Virus record (IMG/VR): IMGVR_UViG_3300031521_000015
Reading direction: 5' to 3' (one strand)
Length of the DNA: 64,000 nt
From: a virus
The position numbers were made by a program, and so were the translations under genes. Position 1 is the first letter of the stretch, and each line of letters begins with the position of its first letter. Positions 61,469 through 64,000 of the stretch are shown here, piece after piece. The notes beneath the pieces are model-generated. The model saw nothing but the letters and a program-made list of their open reading frames with translations. It had not been told where the DNA came from and ran no database searches.

Positions 61469-62463
61469 AATAAACCTCCTAATATCTTTTTTATATTATT
61501 GTAATCCCAGTATGGAATTTCTAATAGTTCTATATTTTTAATTGATACATATTCTCTTTTCATATTATCTCTATATTGATTTTTTTGAAATTGCTCCTTA
61601 GCCCATTCTTCACCTCTATTTGCAAAATCTACTGGAAAATAATGTTGCTCACCTTGATATTCTATTAGATTTTTTAATTTATCATTATAATCCAAAATAC
61701 CAAAATCAAATTTTAAAAATTGTTTATTCTCACCTCTTAAATCATCGAATCTATATTGTGGAATAAATTTAATGTTATGTTCTTCTAATGTCTTTTGTAT
61801 AATAATTTCTCCTTTTGATCCAGAACATGAATTACATAAACGCTGATTGCTATTAACAAATTTATCAAAAGTTTTATTGGTTAAACCACCACATTTAATA
61901 CATCTAAACATATATCTATGGTCAACTCCCAACCATTCATCATTTATTAATTCACTTCCTAATTCTTTTATTTTGGTTTTGGCAGAAACTATATCCCATG
62001 AGGTTTGTCCACCACAATCTCCACAAATATTTCCACCCTTATCAACAAATAATCTATATTCTCTAAACATCCATTGACCACACTTTGTACATTTAAACCA
62101 ATATTTATCTATAACTTTATTCCATTCTTTTTCTACTATAGAATGAGATAGATCTAATCTTATTTCAGATTTTAATAACTCAACTCTTTTTATGGCTTTT
62201 TTAAATGATAATTTATTTTTATCTCCTGTTATCTTACTAGCACAATCGTTACATGTATAACATTTATTGTTAACAGTATTATCTAATGTTTTCCTAACAT
62301 ATGTTCCACAAATATCACACTTTATATAATAATAAGATTTTACGCCTTTATATTCTTCAAAGGTTAAAGTGTCTTTTGAATTATTAAATAGTTTTATATC
62401 TGAATTATTATCTTTAATTATTTTAATATAATAATTAAATTTATCTTCCTTGTAATAACCCAT
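61438..62463 (-). CDS. Zn-ribbon repeat endonuclease (Vsr/DUF559-like C-terminus), probable homing endonuclease
   Basis: Three C..CG...C..C repeats; SKGE...FIPQYRF...FDF...IEYQGEQHY...RD..K...LLEIPYW. Confidence 0.75.
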   Translation of the reverse strand: MGYYKEDKFNYYIKIIKDNNSDIKLFNNSKDTLTFEEYKGVKSYYYIKCDICGTYVRKTLDNTVNNKCYTCNDCASKITGDKNKLSFKKAIKRVELLKSEIRLDLSHSIVEKEWNKVIDKYWFKCTKCGQWMFREYRLFVDKGGNICGDCGGQTSWDIVSAKTKIKELGSELINDEWLGVDHRYMFRCIKCGGLTNKTFDKFVNSNQRLCNSCSGSKGEIIIQKTLEEHNIKFIPQYRFDDLRGENKQFLKFDFGILDYNDKLKNLIEYQGEQHYFPVDFANRGEEWAKEQFQKNQYRDNMKREYVSIKNIELLEIPYWDYNNIKKILGGLLWEKENQKSI

Positions 62464-63545
62464 TATTTAATCTCCTTTGATTCTAAGTATTTTAAATATT
62501 CTTCATGTTCATTTTCGTTATATTTGACTTTTCGATTGAATAACACTTTATAGATTTTTTCATGTTTGTCTGCTGGACTTTCTTTTTCTCCTAACAATCC
62601 ATATTCATCATAAATATAGTATACATTTCTGATTCCATAAAACATTTCACATATACTTCTTACAAAATCTAAAGAAATATCTTTATCTAAAGCAATTATT
62701 ATATCTACATTTAGGCTTATAAGTATCTTTGCTTGTTCTATAGATAATTCATGACCAAACAATGATACTCCTGTATAGTCTTTTTTACTATGGCGTTTAA
62801 GTGTAGACTTTTCGCTTTCATATACAACTGTATATCCCTTTTCTTGTATTCCTTTATAATTCTCTTGTAATCCATATAGATTTTGACTTTTAGGATATTT
62901 ATATAATGGAAAATACTTCGGTATATCAAACATATCGTAATTTTTAATTAAGGTTCTTCCTATAAGTCCTACATAATCATTTTCATTTCCACACCAATAT
63001 CTATGAGGTATAACTACCCTATTGCTTTTAGCACTATATCCTATTCCGAATGTTTGTTGAGTACAAGGAAGTATTCCTTCTTTAACCCATTCTATATATG
63101 GCATTTGTTCATACTCTTTAGTTATATCTTCACTTAATACTTTTAATTCTTCGTCATAATAATCTTTATATTTTTTAAGTGCCTTTTTAAATACTTTTAA
63201 TATATCAACTTTTTCTTTGGTTTCTGATTTAGTATTTATTCCATAGTATTTTAATCCTAATATTTCATGTATATATTTAACAGCTTTAGGAAATATTAAA
63301 GATTTAATATCCATAACTAAAGTGTATATATCCCCTGTTATTTTATCATCTTTTCCATAAATAGTTATTGAAAGAGATTCTTTTTTTATAGATGTAGATG
63401 TAGAATTATCATGTGTTGGTGTTTTACACCTATATTCTTTAGTATATGATTTAATGTGTGTACATCCTATTTCCTCTAAAACATATTCAATTTTATTGTT
63501 TTCTATTATATACTGTTTTAATTCATAACCATTAATTTTTATCAC
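62463..63545 (-). CDS. DNA primase (SPbeta YorJ-like)
   Basis: RVVIPHR...GLIGR, KSQNLYG, VYESEKS, IALDKD TOPRIM; lies between helicase and polymerase. Confidence 0.8.
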   Translation of the reverse strand: MIKINGYELKQYIIENNKIEYVLEEIGCTHIKSYTKEYRCKTPTHDNSTSTSIKKESLSITIYGKDDKITGDIYTLVMDIKSLIFPKAVKYIHEILGLKYYGINTKSETKEKVDILKVFKKALKKYKDYYDEELKVLSEDITKEYEQMPYIEWVKEGILPCTQQTFGIGYSAKSNRVVIPHRYWCGNENDYVGLIGRTLIKNYDMFDIPKYFPLYKYPKSQNLYGLQENYKGIQEKGYTVVYESEKSTLKRHSKKDYTGVSLFGHELSIEQAKILISLNVDIIIALDKDISLDFVRSICEMFYGIRNVYYIYDEYGLLGEKESPADKHEKIYKVLFNRKVKYNENEHEEYLKYLESKEIK

Positions 63546-63554
63546 CTCATTTTA

Positions 63555-64000
63555 TCAAAAATCTACTGGTACTACGCAAATTCCAACTTCATTATAAATA
63601 TTTTTACTCATATCATGTTCGACAACTATAGCATATTCGTTACATCCACCTTCTCTATTTTTTACAACAAATAATAGCTGATAATGCTTATTCTTATCCA
63701 ATGGTACTGGTATTTTTGTTTTCCCACTTTTCCCAGATGTTTTAAATACTTTTAATTCATTTTTACCACCTTCGAGTTCGTCTTCAAATAATTTTCTTAT
63801 CATTATACAAGTTGAAGCTACATCTATAATATTCTTTGCTAAACCTATATTTTCTTGCGTATAACATCTTTGTTTGCTACTTGATTTTGCTAATTGAAAT
63901 GTTATCCATATATGTACATTTAGTGCTTCTTCTTTTATAGTGTCATAAATCTTAACCATATTTTGTTGAAGATTAAACCAAAATGCTTCAGTATCTTTTG
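63555..64000 (-). CDS. Replicative DnaB-like helicase, C-terminal part (truncated by the window)
   Basis: Frame is open to the window edge; TFQL, AKNI.DVAS, VVKNREG arginine-finger motif; adjacent to primase. Confidence 0.75.
   Translation of the reverse strand, partial: KDTEAFWFNLQQNMVKIYDTIKEEALNVHIWITFQLAKSSSKQRCYTQENIGLAKNIIDVASTCIMIRKLFEDELEGGKNELKVFKTSGKSGKTKIPVPLDKNKHYQLLFVVKNREGGCNEYAIVVEHDMSKNIYNEVGICVVPVDF

Noticed and set aside
5987-62929. Antisense and nested ORFs from the track (e.g. 5987-6229, 18181-18525, 34465-34938, 38305-38583, 41709-42158, 58196-58672, 62738-62929)
   Set aside because: Shadows of well-supported genes on the other strand or frame; no RBS or recognisable motifs.
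1-64000. tRNA or rRNA genes; prophage att ends and host genes
   Set aside because: No cloverleaf or rRNA signature recognised in the intergenic gaps, and no transition to host-like genes, so free phage versus prophage cannot be decided from this window.

Overview
A very AT-rich segment of a large temperate phage or prophage of a low-GC Firmicute, probably clostridial and SPbeta-like in gene content (helicase, primase, DnaE, YopX). The left arm (+ strand, 1-24.3 kb) holds virion adhesin/decoration genes (Ig-like, LamG, fibrinogen-like, DNRLRE repeats), two tyrosine recombinases, a DUF1064 gene and an XhlA-like holin. The right arm (- strand, 24.7-64 kb) holds replication and nucleotide-metabolism genes: DHFR, intron-split thyA, DNA ligase, dUTPase, NrdD/NrdG with redoxins, a fused GyrB-GyrA topoisomerase, RecD2, intron-split dnaE, primase and helicase. 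It also carries homing endonucleases, DNA-modification genes and many small accessory ORFs. The most striking signal is in the first recombinase locus (21040-21966), which has 18 GGCC sites built almost entirely from synonymous codon choices; I saw no GGCC in the other ~63 kb. A dif-like site overlaps that gene's promoter. Features missed by the ORF track include an ATT-initiated Mom-family gene, a mini ferredoxin:thioredoxin-reductase-like gene, two candidate sRNAs and a hydrophobic 37-aa peptide. All calls come from manual reading; no searches were run.
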